From assembly GCA_900088475.1 (NCBI GenBank), contig FLMG01003716.1, forward strand, positions 1-35,577: a stretch of 35,577 nucleotides of DNA. The letters run 5' to 3'. The notes under the pieces are model-generated. The model searched no databases, was not told the DNA's origin, and saw only the letters and a program-made list of their open reading frames with translations. Shown in pieces: positions 11,201-23,150 of the stretch (position 1 is its first letter; each line of letters opens with the position of its first letter). The position numbers and the translations under genes were made by a program. This DNA is from Hyphochytrium catenoides (lineage: Eukaryota; Protista; Hyphochytriomycota).

Positions 11201-14200
11201 TTCCCAAGGAAGTGGCGGAGAAAGAGAAGGATCTAACTCCCTCTGCTCTCTACCTGGGAATTCTCCGGATCTCTTCACGTTGAGGGCTACCGATGACGCT
11301 TGTGTGGGGCTCTACCAGAGGATGAAGAGGCTATCAGGAAGAGTGGAACAGAGCGAAGACAGTGGGCCCACATTGCAAGCGAGCTCGAACTATTCAGACG
11401 CTACCATTGATGACGAAAGTAACTCTAAAGGTTGAACTTTGCCTCCTTTCTGCGTCTTCGCCATTCTTCTTTGCGCTTCCTTATAATCCGCCCGTGCCTA
11501 GCCTACCTTTTCTTACACTTCTCCACTGCTATGCCTATCTTACTCTGATGGCCTCAGGCAATGCAGAGTATAAGCTTCCAGCAGACTGGTCCTATTCCGC
11601 AACCGAAGGAGTGCCGGAGGGTCTCAACCTCGTTGAGCCTTTTCTTGTTAAGCCCAGTAAGCTTATGGATATCGTCTGTCTAACCTTGTGCCGCACCTCC
11701 CTTTCCTTTCTGTTCCATATCTCTCGGCTGCTCTTGCTAGCCAGTCTGTTTTGTCTCTCTGCTATGTCCCCGATGTCCGCCTGGAAGCTCGCCATTTGCA
11801 GCCAATAATCATTTGCTCTTGTTGCATTGGGCTCACGGTCCCCAGTATGACACAGTGTCAATTTTTCTGTTCTCTACTATTGATACTGTTGACACTTTCC
11901 CCTCGCACAACCCCTTCTCATCCTTGTCTTGAGGTTATTCTGACTGATATGGCTGTCTATCCAGTCCCAAAGGGCGCCGGAGTCGTCCGATGTTGCATGG
12001 TAGTGAAGAAGAGTCCGACGATGTTCACATACTCTCTTTATCTCGATGACGGGAGGACAGATGGTTTGTGCACGTTCCCAAAGGCCTCTCTTTTCTTTGT
12101 GCGCTTTTTCGATGCTTATGCTTCTTCCTGTCTTAGCTTCCTGGCTATGAACTTCTTGTGCCTATCAGTTTGTGAACTTAGAGTCTCATCCCTCAGCTTC
12201 AGCTAGTGTGCCCGGCAACTTAAGCCTGCTTCTCCATTTTCTCTAGCGCTAGATATGGAGCAGCTTTTTCAAGATCGAAGAGATTATTCCTCAAGAAGTC
12301 GCTATCCTTTCAGCGTCGCCACAGACACTGAAGTTGGAGCATCACACCCTTCAGGTCAGCTAAAAAGTTAGAGATACGTCCACAAGCGCCTTCCCTTCTG
12401 TCCTGTCGCACGCACTCATGTATGGGCTCGTTGTCTCCTCACGCTTGTGGAAGAGATGCCCTTTCGTCTATCACTTAACATTACATGTCACTGTCTCTCA
12501 CTGCCGGCATTGTTGCTCGCTTTACACAGGGATGGTGGGCCTCAACATCCTGATGTACCGACAGCGGATGATACAGAATGAGGACTTGGGACGGATGGTG
12601 GTTGCGATGGCTGCTGCTAAGCGACTTGATCTTCCTTCCCTTCCAGCAGCAGTATGGCAGGTAAGACGCGATGTAACCCTTTCCCCTGTTCGTCTTTGTT
12701 TAGCAACTCTGTCTCTTTCACGCCTTCTGGCATGCTGTAAGTGCTTCTCACCTTTTCGCGATTGCGAGTTTCGTCGTTAGGGTTCTCCCTAGTCAGAATG
12801 AGCTCTGAGAAATGAAGTATCTTCTCTAAGGCTCTTCCGGACGGACCGCCTTTTGCCTTGTTTTGCATCTAAAAACACCGCTTCCTCGCTGCTCTTCTTT
12901 CTCTTAGTATATTTATCAGATGGCCCAAGGTGTTCCTCGGCCGTCTACTCGCCTTCTATGGGCTCGTGAGTCGTTGAAGACTGTTAATATTTATGGCAGG
13001 GGTAACATTCTTACTAGAAGAATGAACGGTAAGTCAATCATGATGTATATAGGGCGCATCAGCAATGACAGCGCGCCAAGCATAATCCAGAGTGAAATGG
13101 GAGATCTCTCCCCTAGAGAGAGACTAGAGCGAAAAAGAGGCCAAAGGAGGAAGAAGGGAAAGAGCAATGCACTAGAAACAGCGATGGGGCCCTTATGATG
13201 TTGAGAGGTCACTTAGGAGGAGGTCGAAGTTCATCATTAGCGGTGATAGCTCGAAGCTGTGTCCAGCAAAGACTGAATCCCGGTTGATCTTGATAACTGC
13301 AGGAGGCCGTGGACAGCATGTCGGAACCGTCCGCTATCATCACACCTTGGGACAGGGCAAGCCTAATCTCGCCAATGGTCATCTAAGGAGCATCCTCTAT
13401 GCCGTTGGACATCCTGCCTCTCTCCGTTCAAGACAACGTCAGGGCTCAGGCTCTTCTGACTCCACATCAGGCTCCTCTATGAACGCTAAAGAAGACGGTA
13501 AGGGTAGTCTTCGTGATCGTCTCGCCAAACGCAGCCCAGACGGCATACAGCTTTATTTGCCCTCCATGTCTCTCGTACCTATCCTCAGCTTGTAACATTC
13601 CTCTTACAATTTCCTTCAGGTTCAACACTTGCCTGCCGCTTCAAGGCAATCGGCTCTATCCGCTGGAAGTTTAGTCGTCTGGGACTTTGGCCTAACAGCG
13701 GAGAGGTTCACATCCCGCGATTGAACGATTTGCCAGCGAGAGATCCTCTGCAAATTGGCTCCGAAGGTAGACTAAAGGGCAAGCGTTGCAGGCCCTTCCT
13801 CTCTTCTCCCCGCTCAGCGCTCGTTGATAGACTTCATCTTGTTTTTGAGGATGTAAAAAAGTTGGTCCTCTCGGTCTCTTTCCTACTCTCAATGCATGTG
13901 GCTCGCCTTAGTGCGGTTGTGTGCAATTATTTTAGTCCGTGACCTTGTCTCGTTGTTGGTCTTCCACGTTTGCCTACCGTTGGTCTCCTATCTCTTGCCG
14001 GTTCTTCCGTTTAGCTTCATCTTCTCTTCCGCTCACCTTCACTTACGGGCCCATTTTTGGCCCCTCACTCTTGCATGCTGACGGCTGGTCCTTTCTGTCC
14101 TGGCAGTTCCACGTAAGATTCATCACTTCTCGACGGAGACAGCGCCCGTTCTGGACGACACGATATTAGAACAAACGCTGCAGGAGCAGAGGGGTATCCG

Positions 14201-14492
14201 CCTCATTTCACGTCCTCCTCTGTGGAGAGACGACCTTCAGGCCTATACTATTTCTTTCCATCCCAACGGCAGAGTGACGAAGGCCTCAGAAGGGAACTTT
14301 CAGATCATCTCCCCTTGCGAGCTGCAGGAGCCAGAGGTGGAGAACTCTCGAATTGAGCACGAGCAAGTGCTGCTGCAGTGCGGACGCTATGGAGAGATAA
14401 AGGACCGGTGGCACGTAGATGTGCGCTATCCTCTTTCTATCCTCCAGGCCTTCGCGATCTGTATCACTAACCATGGCATCGTTGACACGTGA
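8097..14492 (+). CDS. Putative UBC (UBE2Q-like E2 fold) - Cys-rich - Tubby-domain fusion protein, 17 exons, about 994 aa
   Basis: Exons 8097-8176, 8355-8597, 9006-9545, 9649-9738, 10060-10332, 10399-10426, 10593-10660, 10796-10894, 11090-11430, 11558-11656, 11965-12063, 12247-12354, 12530-12660, 12908-12965, 13303-13497, 13620-13766 and 14107-14492 are all GT-AG and phase-compatible (2985 nt in total). N-terminal part: ALQALQREA...DPFHWQLVI...IHFPYNYPLRPP...CICP...QGWSPGQSIVDLISEI (E2 fold). C-terminal part: FLVKPIPKG..VRC...PPLWRDDLQAYTISF..GRVTKASEGNFQI...VLLQCGR...DVRYPLSILQAFAICIT (Tubby). Each domain call is more secure than the single-transcript model. Confidence 0.7.
8215..8260. repeat. 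(GA)n microsatellite inside intron 1 of the E2-Tubby gene
   Basis: Near-perfect gagaga run; a second GA-rich tract lies in intron 2 at about 8700-8750. Confidence 0.9.
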
Positions 14493-14832
14493 GAGGTAAG
14501 GCTTTGAAAGACTCAAGCCAAAGGAGATGAGAGAAGCATGTGTAAGATAGAAGGAAAAATCTACCTTTTTTATTTATAGTGTACATAGTTAACGGCATAG
14601 CTGCCGTCCGATAAGTGGCAAATAATGGAAGTGTGGCAATGATCACACGGAATGTTGAGAGATAGGGGCAGAAGGCTCATCAAGGGCCTGACAGCCTAGA
14701 GAGGAAAAGAGAAGATGGAGTAAATACATAGGAAGAGCTTTCTGTACAGTCTGTAGGACGGCGGAACAGTCAATATGAGGTCTAGCAGTAACTAAGAAAG
14801 GCTCAAGCAGCAGCAAAGACAATGCTGACCCT

Positions 14833-17800
14833 TTAGCACCGCTCGAACACTCGATAGAGCTTCTGCAAGCAGGCCACCTCGGTGACCGCAGTCGCAGAAG
14901 AGAGAGTAACACTTGGACAAAGCTCTGTGCGAAAGGCTGGATAGAGGCAATGCTCTACCGTCTTAGCAGCAGGATGATCTTTAGTGAGGTGACTCGACAG
15001 CGGAGCGTCAGCGGAGGGAAGGACAGAGAATAGCATCCCGAGCTCCTTGGCGATGCCATCCAAACAGGCCTGCTCCTCATCCCAGTCCACCTATAGACCC
15101 ACAAGTTAGCACACACATGCTGTCTTGTTGACTTTGATCGCGTCAGAGCAAGACGAGTCAAATCTGAATGAGAAGAGGTGACAAGGTCCTGTCATATGCG
15201 AAGACTTTGTCTCACCTCCGTTGCTAGCCTCAGAACAAATGAGGGAAGAGCAAAGGTAGAAGGCTTATAGTCATCCAACAAGTCAGGCAAGCTGTGCAGG
15301 TATCCCTCTGGATCTATATCGATTCGATAGTACTCGCCCAACAACTCTCGCTGACTGACGAGCAGCTCTGCTACTTCCTGCAACACGTAAAGCTTCAGTG
15401 ACAGCCAAAGCAAAGATATGGGAAAGATTCGTCTAACTAAAAGTTGCCTTAGCTGACGAGTAAAACAAAGAGCTAAAGCCGTGTCAGAAGGGATGGAGGA
15501 CATACTGACCTTCGCCAGATCCTTTGGGTCTCCATCCTCTTCCGTCCACCCCGAGGACGGATCCAAAATGGCAGCCTCTGCCATCTCGACGACGGGAAGC
15601 CCTTCCGAAAAGCTGACAACAAAAAGATATTAGACCAAGTAGGTAGGGCTAAGACTACCAGCTCCTGAAGAATGAACAAGGCTTGACGGGCTCGCAAGCA
15701 CACAAAGAGGGACAACGGGTACCTCCTACACGCCGAGAGGCTGAGGTTGACTAACAGAAGGTCAGGCAGAGACAACGCTTGGAGGACGATATTGCAAAGG
15801 CAGTTGCTGTAACCAAAGACAAGCTGTGCACCTTATCATCGGCATTCTGCTGAAGCTCCTCAACGTCAGCTGATAGAAGAGCTCGGAAGCCAGAAGTCTA
15901 TGGTTCACAAGCAGAAGCTTCGTCCCGTTTTGCACCAAGGAATATTCAGAGTCCACGAGCCCCACGTAAGTGTGCTTCTGCAAGATCTGATGAACAAGGC
16001 AACACCCTTAGCTTTAAAGATGAAAATATCTTTATCTTTACGCACGGATGACCAAATGTCCAAGACGCAGTAAGGGAAGATGAGTTAACATAAGATATCA
16101 GCTCTTAGCGGTCAGACATAAAGTTAACCGGGGGGCACTTTTATAGTCAAATCAAGGTTCCTTACCTCCCTGAGCCCCTTGTCCGCCTTCTGCTCCACCC
16201 CTTTCAAAAGGTTCTGCAAGCTCGTCAGCTGAGGAACCTCTGCTTCCCGTGCCTTCCGTAGACTTCTAAGTTCAGACTGGGTTAACTCCTGTCCACCTTC
16301 TTCTGCGGCAAGTAAGTTAGTTTCTTGCTTCGTAGTATATAGGTGTCCTCTCCAACGTACGTGGAGCAAGGGTGATACATTGATGATACATTTGAAGCAA
16401 GCGCGGGGGTGTTTCTTCAAAGAAAGTCTAAACAGTTACACCGAGAGTCACCGTGCGAAGGAACACTACCATAGATACAGATCGTGAAAAGTACCTGCTT
16501 TGCTCTGGCTAGAACCACCGTTTTCCTCCGATACATGTGGTGAAGACCGAAGGAGGAAGCTGTCAATTCGCGAGGTGCGATGGTCTGTCCGGACGAGCTT
16601 CTGTGGTGCCTTCACAGCCCGGTGGCGACAAGATATATAAAAAATAGGTGCAGATGAGCAGCATGAAAGGAAGAGAGATAAATGTGACGTCCGAGTGAGA
16701 TCAATTCTGCGACTGACTCGAGGCAACCATAAGTTCCCGTCAGACAACCCAGGTTAATAGCTCAAGCACATAAAGGGTTAGTGCCACCCCATAATCTCAA
16801 GGGACCACAAATGGGAGCCTTACAGCAGCCTCGGAAGGCGAGCACGCAATGCAGGAAGAGCAGTAGAATCCACGATGGACGATCACAACACAATAATACC
16901 TTGCTTGGCTCATACTTTGACTTCTTCTTCGCTGTAAGCTCGACCTGCACCAGTCTCTGCTGCGGTTCCCCCTGTGCGGTAGATACGCTCAGAGGAGCAG
17001 CTTTCAGCTTCCAGCAAAGGGCAATTGGCACGTATATACCTTCCTCTTCTTGCGGGAGTCATCCCCCTCACTTGGTCTGTCACTTTCGTCTTCTGAACCA
17101 CTTCTTCCGTCAATTTCTTCTATATCACCTTTGTTCCTCTCCTTCTGGGAAAACGGAGAAGAAGTTTGGAAAAGAGCTTGGGTCTGAAAAGTTCGGGAGG
17201 AGTTTGCTCCTTGTAAAAGCTCCGCAATTTTCAGCTGCAACTTATCTGTCACATCCTGCTCAAAGAGGAAGTGTACCTAAATGGAGACCATGCCCTGTTA
17301 GTATATGCAACAACTTTTCCTCCTTTCCTCCGCAGTCTACGTGAACCCTTGCCCGACCGCTATCAAGTCAATTAAATAAGCCTTTCCGCGGCAATGTCTG
17401 CTTTGCCAGGCCCTTCACTTTAACCGGATATGCCGCCACCCTACCATTCCGTGAACATCAGCAAATTTCTTTTCCTTCTTATTATTGTCACCTTGCTGTC
17501 CTACCTCTCTCTTGGTGGGGTGTACGTTGACGTCGACATTACCCGACGGCAAATCCAATGCCAGGTAGATGAAGGGAGAAGAATTCTTCGGCAAGTACTC
17601 AGCATACACGCTCTCTAGGGTCCTCTTTAGGCCTGGATTCTCGACTAACCGCCCATTGATGAACATGATAAACACCCCTCTTTTCAGGCTGCGGGCGGGA
17701 AGGGCAAAGTTAGTCGGAGAGAGAGTTCCAAGTAATGAAAGTAAAATCAGACCGTCCCCCTAGCTCTAACGCTGAGTTGAAGTCGAGGCAATGTTGAGGG

Positions 17801-19544
17801 AAGCGAGCTGAGTCAGGCGGATGGGGGTGCTTGGGCAAGGAACAATGTTATTAGAACTAAAAGCCGATAGCAGGAGACAGCTGTAAAAAGAAGAAGTCGG
17901 GCCAGGAGAAGTATGGCAGATGGGCGGGGAATCTACCTATAGTTAGCGTTAGAGATGTATCCCTTGGCGCGGAAGGAGAGTCTATCCATGGTCTGGGAGC
18001 TCTTTAGTTCTGCCTCGGAATGATTTGAACAATACGGGGACAGGAGTGGATTTTAGGGTAGCAGGACTGGTAAGAAGTATGGAGCAGGGAAGAGAGCGAA
18101 GATAACGGCAGACGGGTGCAGAGTGCCAGTCATAGTCCGTGACGAAAAGAACTACCTTCAGACCATCCTTCTTGGCATTCCAAGGCTATCAGTTCCCTAG
18201 CAACAGCTTGACCATAGACTGCTCTAATGTTGTCCACCGTGGTACATTTCATTGGCGTCTTCAGGTCAGCGTTGGCATCTCCGATCTACGTAGATGTTTA
18301 CGCCCAAGGTGTATTATCAGCACCCAAGCGGAGGCAAGGGAAGAATGCAAAGACAGTAGCATAGACGAACTCATAATTAGGCCTGGGCGAAGCCGCAGGA
18401 GTGAACTGAGAGATACGGACCCAAGCTAGATAACAATGGGCTTTGCTTTAGTGCAAACACCTTTTTGCAGGTAAACGAGACTCCTGTAGCACCATAATGT
18501 ATGGCATAGCGCTGCACAACTTCCAATATGCGGTGGTACTCCTCATTTGGGTTCTTGAAGGCGCGCTTGCGAGTAGGGACGTTGTAAAACATGTCCTCGA
18601 CCTAGAGCGTCAAGTGCAAAGGTCAGTTGTGCTGAGAATGGGAAGAGGAGAAGCAAAGCAAAGCGCAAGAAGTTGAAGAGAGAGTGATATACTCACCAAA
18701 ATTTGAGTGCCAACGACGCCTGCGCAAGGTTTGGGTTTGGCTTGTTCTCGAGGAGCCCAGGGGAGCAAGGTTCCGTCCGAGTACCTAGCCCTAGGATGAT
18801 AGGCCGATGAGGCAGGTTGAGGGTCAGGTGGTTAGCTCTTTCATTGGACCGGGACCTGTCTGACGGCCAGGGGCCACTAGCTGCTGGTTGATAACTCACG
18901 GACAAGGAGATCAGAAAAACTTATACCAGAGGAAAAGGCGAGGAGACTCCAAACAGCTAGGATAAAGAGAAGGGGATCTAGGAGCAAGGTCACCTGTATG
19001 CACAAGGCTGATCTTTGGTTTTGGAGGTGATGGTGACGTGAGCAACATGGGAAATACTTGCCAACGCCTCTCCTCTGAAGCCAAAAGTGACAATCTGCTT
19101 CAGATCTTCAAACTTCTTCAGTTTGCTAGTTGTGAAGCGCTCGCAGACTATGGGCATATCGGCGACCTTTCGATGAAACGTATCAGTGGTAACCAAGAAG
19201 CAGTACGATAGAAGGCAAAAGCGGCTAACAGGAGTCCTCACATTGATCCCATGTCCATTATCCTGAATCTGCAAGACCTTGAGGCCGCCAGCTTTGGCTG
19301 AGACGGTGATAGACGTGGAGCCGGCATCCAGGCTGTTCTCAAGCAGCTCCTTTAATGCATTCGCGGGGCGATGGACAACCTCTCCTAAGGGGATATAGGA
19401 AGCGTCAGCAATATGGGCAAAGGGTTTTCCAGCACATGGCGTAGTACCGGCTGCAATCTTGTTGACAACGGTTTCATCAAGACGGCGTATTTTGCCTCCG
19501 CCCTGAGCTTCGGTCTTTCCTGCTACGCAGCCCACAGCAGTCAT
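14833..19544 (-). CDS. MLH1: DNA mismatch repair protein MLH1 (MutL homolog), about 16 exons
   Basis: [67 protein letters not shown] (MutL GHKL ATPase signature), [39 protein letters not shown] and the MLH1-specific C-terminus LYRVFERC*. Exon boundaries in the linker (16500-17070) are uncertain. Confidence 0.98.
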
Positions 19545-20422
19545 GTTCAGCTCTAAGAACTGTCCAAGGTAAACAAGGCTCTCTGCAAGCAATGGATAAG
19601 CCACCCAGTGCTACCTTCCGGCGTATCAAAGACCTATAACATAACACCGTTGCCTCAAGGACTTCTTTTCCTCCTATAATAGCCCATATGATGGACCCTA
19701 GCCGTGGCCAAGAGAGGAAAGGCGATGGAAGCACAAGCTGCTGCAAAGCTTCATCATCAAATCAGCCATCGAGAATCGCAGTTGCCGTATGAAAGCTCCA
19801 AAAATCTCCAGATTTCGCGCGAACAAGTTTGGCGCAAATAAACGTGCACTATCCATAATAGCTGCCACTACAGTTACCCTCATCGAGGATAGGACAATTT
19901 ATATACCGAATACCTTGCAATAAGAATCTGAAGCTTTTCTTCTGTGCAGCGTAGGCGGTAAAAGAAGCCAGCGCAGTTTCTGGGCTGATCATCAAGGCGG
20001 TTGACGCTTGGCGATTGGCGATGAAGTGGTTCGCTACTAAGTGAGTCCTCCGTCTGAGGATAGTGCCAATGCCATTTCTAGAGAGCGAAGTGATCTTACT
20101 CTGACATAGCTACTCTAGGGAGTGAAGATAGGAAGCAAGAAGCGGACACATGCCAGCGTTTAGAGCAAGAGCGGGATGCTCTGGAAGACGTGTCTTGAGA
20201 TCCCTATAGTTTGAGAGGCGCATTCCCTGATAGTGCCAGGTACGGGCCTTGAGACAGGCTTCGGACAGGGTTCGTCAACACTATTGCAAGTCTGACGAAG
20301 GCAAGTAAGACCATGACAAAGCAGGTGCAGACCAAAGGACCCGAGAAAGCAATCACGATCTCTCGATTCTTACTTAGTAAAGGGTTCAGTACACATGTGG
20401 GCCTACGGCCAGCTATATGTTT

Positions 20423-21022
20423 CTAGGACTGATTCTCAACGTTCTCTGCCTTTGCGGTGGGCATTTCAACCTTCACCAGATCTCTGTCCTCCTCCAGAGT
20501 AGCGACCACCGCTGTTTGAGGGTGCTTGAGGAGGTCATGGTCTATGGCCTCCTCTTCACGGTGAGGGATGTCTTGGGCGGCGCTTCTCTTGGCGGCTGCC
20601 TCTAACTCCAGCACCTTGATCTTTAGCTCCATCAGCTCCTTTTTCAGTTGAGTCTTCTTCAGCTTTAGCTTCTTCTTCTTGGCCTTGTGCTTCTTTTCCA
20701 TAGCCTTCAGCTGCGCTTGCGTCTTCTTTTTCTTCAGCTTCAGTTTCTGCTCGTTCTTATGGATCTTGGCTCTAAGCTTCTTCATCTTGATATGGACAGC
20801 CAGTAGAAGCGTAACCACCGTCGCAATGAGCAGAATCCCAATAGCGATACCGGCAAAGATCGCCATGCCACGACCAAACTTGAAGTCATGATGAAATCCA
20901 TGGAAGGGATGGAAGCCAAACGAGCCTGTCGGCTCGCTGGATCCTGAAGTGCAGAACTTGCTTCCATCTTGAGAAGAGCTGCAGAAAGCTTGCTCCATTC
21001 TGTCCTTATAAAACTTCTTCAT
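20423..21022 (-). CDS. 199-aa uninterrupted ORF: single TM helix followed by a very Lys-rich coiled coil and an acidic tail; unknown function
   Basis: ATG-initiated ORF with a strong hydrophobic span (MAIFAGIAIGILLIATVVTLLLAV), a heptad-like K/L/E region and an acidic C-terminus. It is not microsatellite-derived. Confidence 0.7.
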   Translation of the reverse strand: MKKFYKDRMEQAFCSSSQDGSKFCTSGSSEPTGSFGFHPFHGFHHDFKFGRGMAIFAGIAIGILLIATVVTLLLAVHIKMKKLRAKIHKNEQKLKLKKKKTQAQLKAMEKKHKAKKKKLKLKKTQLKKELMELKIKVLELEAAAKRSAAQDIPHREEEAIDHDLLKHPQTAVVATLEEDRDLVKVEMPTAKAENVENQS

Positions 21023-21235
21023 AGTGCGAAACAGCGGGATACTGATAAAGAGAGGAATGGCTGCCTCTCCCGATGCGAAAGTCCTAGGGTCGTGGAGCTC
21101 GTCTTTGGACTGTGTTGCAGGCTCTTGGGAGACTGAGAAGTGGCGCTCTTCGAAGAGGAGAGTGCAATTGGAGAGAAAAGCTCATCACTTCTCTTGTTGG
21201 CCCCCTTCCCCCTACTACTGATATTCCCTTTCACA

Positions 21236-21385
21236 ATCTCTCTCTCTTTCTCTCGTCAACTTCCAAGTTCTACCTTTCCTCTCTCTCCTATCCTCTTTTG
21301 TTGCTTTCTTTCTTCGTCTCTGTCTCTTCCTTCTTTCGCTCGCGCTCGGCCGGACTCTCGTTTTGCCCTCTCTCCTCTCCCTCTT

Positions 21386-21437
<52 letters not shown>

Positions 21438-21481
21438 CTTTTTTCTCTCTCTCTCTCTCTCCCACTCTCTCTCTCTCTCTC
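21236..21481. repeat. (CT)n / polypyrimidine tract
   Basis: Near-perfect (CT)n at about 21392-21433 and 21444-21481 within a pyrimidine-rich block. Confidence 0.92.
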
Positions 21482-21789
21482 ACTGTGTGCCTTCCTGATA
21501 CTTGCTACGGTAAACAGTCCTCCTGGCGTAGAGCAAGCCTAGCCGACCCTTAACGGAAGAGCCTGAGAAGCATATTATTTTAAAGCTATTCACATGTCCA
21601 CATTCTGAAACAGCATCGTCCCTAATGGAGAGAGATGGACCAGGAAAAAGCATCTTGCCACCTCGTCCCCATTGTCCGGGATAATCATGACCGAATCTTG
21701 AATAGGTGAACCGTCATCGAGTCCTTTTTCCTTTACTTCCTTGCTTTCCAGGTCATCAGAACCGATAAGAAGAGATGATAGGGGTTCAA

Positions 21790-21885
21790 GCGAACAGAGA
21801 CGGGAGAGACAGAGACTGAGAAGCGAGAGAGAGAGAGGAAGAGAAAGAAGACAGAGAGAGAGAGAGACAGGGAGAGAAAGAGAGG
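21790..21885. repeat. Degenerate (GA)n tract
   Basis: gagagacagagactgagaagcgagagagagagaggaagagaaagaagacagagagagagagag read directly. Confidence 0.8.
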
Positions 21886-23150
21886 GCGAGGCTTTGGCTT
21901 ATGAAAAGAAGGGGCACAAGGCCATAAAGGTGGACCGTCATCTCATGCTTCCACGTGGTGGAGCTCTTCTGAGGCCTGAGCTCTAGACGAAGATTGTCAA
22001 TGTGGATCGCGTCGGAGTGCCTCTAAAGAAGCTGGCTTGAGGGCTGATAGCCCATATCTTTGTATCAATGCCACCACGTGGGCACTGCTCGCGGCTCGCC
22101 CAGGCATAGCCTTCAATGAAAATCTTATTATAGACTATATCAGATCAGGCTCTCAGCAGAGATTCTGACCCTCGCTCCTTGTGCTTGAGCAGCTCTCGGT
22201 AGTCGCAGAAGAGGATATAAAGAGGGAAAGAGAAAGCTTTTAATGACATGCAGAAGATAGGTCTATCGGGGTACTCTCTCTTCTCTTTGATTCATATCTC
22301 TGTAAGCGATTCCCCTTCTATCTTTTCCTCGGCTTGCGAAGTAGAGCCTTATCGCAACTTCCCACCAGTTCTTTAGACGGCTGCGGCCTTTCAAATATTC
22401 TTTGATGCTCCATGCTCTGGAGGGGTGACGTTTTCCAGTTGCTCTCAACTTTGTCTTCCAACAAGAGCAAAGGACTTCTTCCAATACGTCCCCCACACCA
22501 CCACAAAGCTGTTTTTATCTTAAAAGGTGGACGTTCACGCTCTCAGGAAAGATTTGAAACTCTTCAGCTACGCTTGTTAACGTGCTCTAGAAAGCCTAAT
22601 GGCACTCGAAGTTCGACGTTATTGCCTCTCTGGACATGCTTTATAGCATCTACAGGGAGGAATGTGCCTGGCAGGCTAGTACGTCAGCGCCTCGTTAAAA
22701 GCGTCTCATTATACTTTCAATGGCGTCTACTTTGCCTTCTCGTTGACGTTCGTCTAAGCTGCAACCAAGATGAAGAGATGACTGCCAAGGAGATATTGAG
22801 TGATGTAAAGCTGGTACACGGACGGAGTTCAGTGATACACTCTAGCTTATTTCTGTCATGCTTCTGCCCGGAATGTGGGGTTGATGTCACAGAACTCATA
22901 ACCTCAGTATGTCACGTCAATGGTCTTCGTCTCAAAATCTCTTTTTGGGGCATCGCTAGCTGAAGGCAGGCTACTTAGTGGGATAGGGTAGGAGAAGCAC
23001 CCTCTTCGCGTCAATAGACAGATAGGCTTGCTCTCTGACCTACAAGGACCTGGCAGTGACCTGTGCAGACATAGACATCTCTACCCCTCAAGTAAGCAGC
23101 CAGACTGGACTCGACTTTTCCCCTTGTTCAAATGCTTCCGTGTAAGGTGA

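Noticed and set aside
16781-17344. 187-aa + strand ORF
   Set aside because: Antisense shadow of MLH1 linker exons with no recognisable motif.
19545-19604. N-terminal extension of MLH1 in ORF 18990-19604
   Set aside because: It begins at a GTG. The first ATG is at 19544, just before the conserved IRRLDE motif.
21900-23100. ORFs 22412-22963 (+), 22263-22496 (-) and exon-like fragments
   Set aside because: I could not build a phase-consistent spliced model or recognise any domain; left unannotated.
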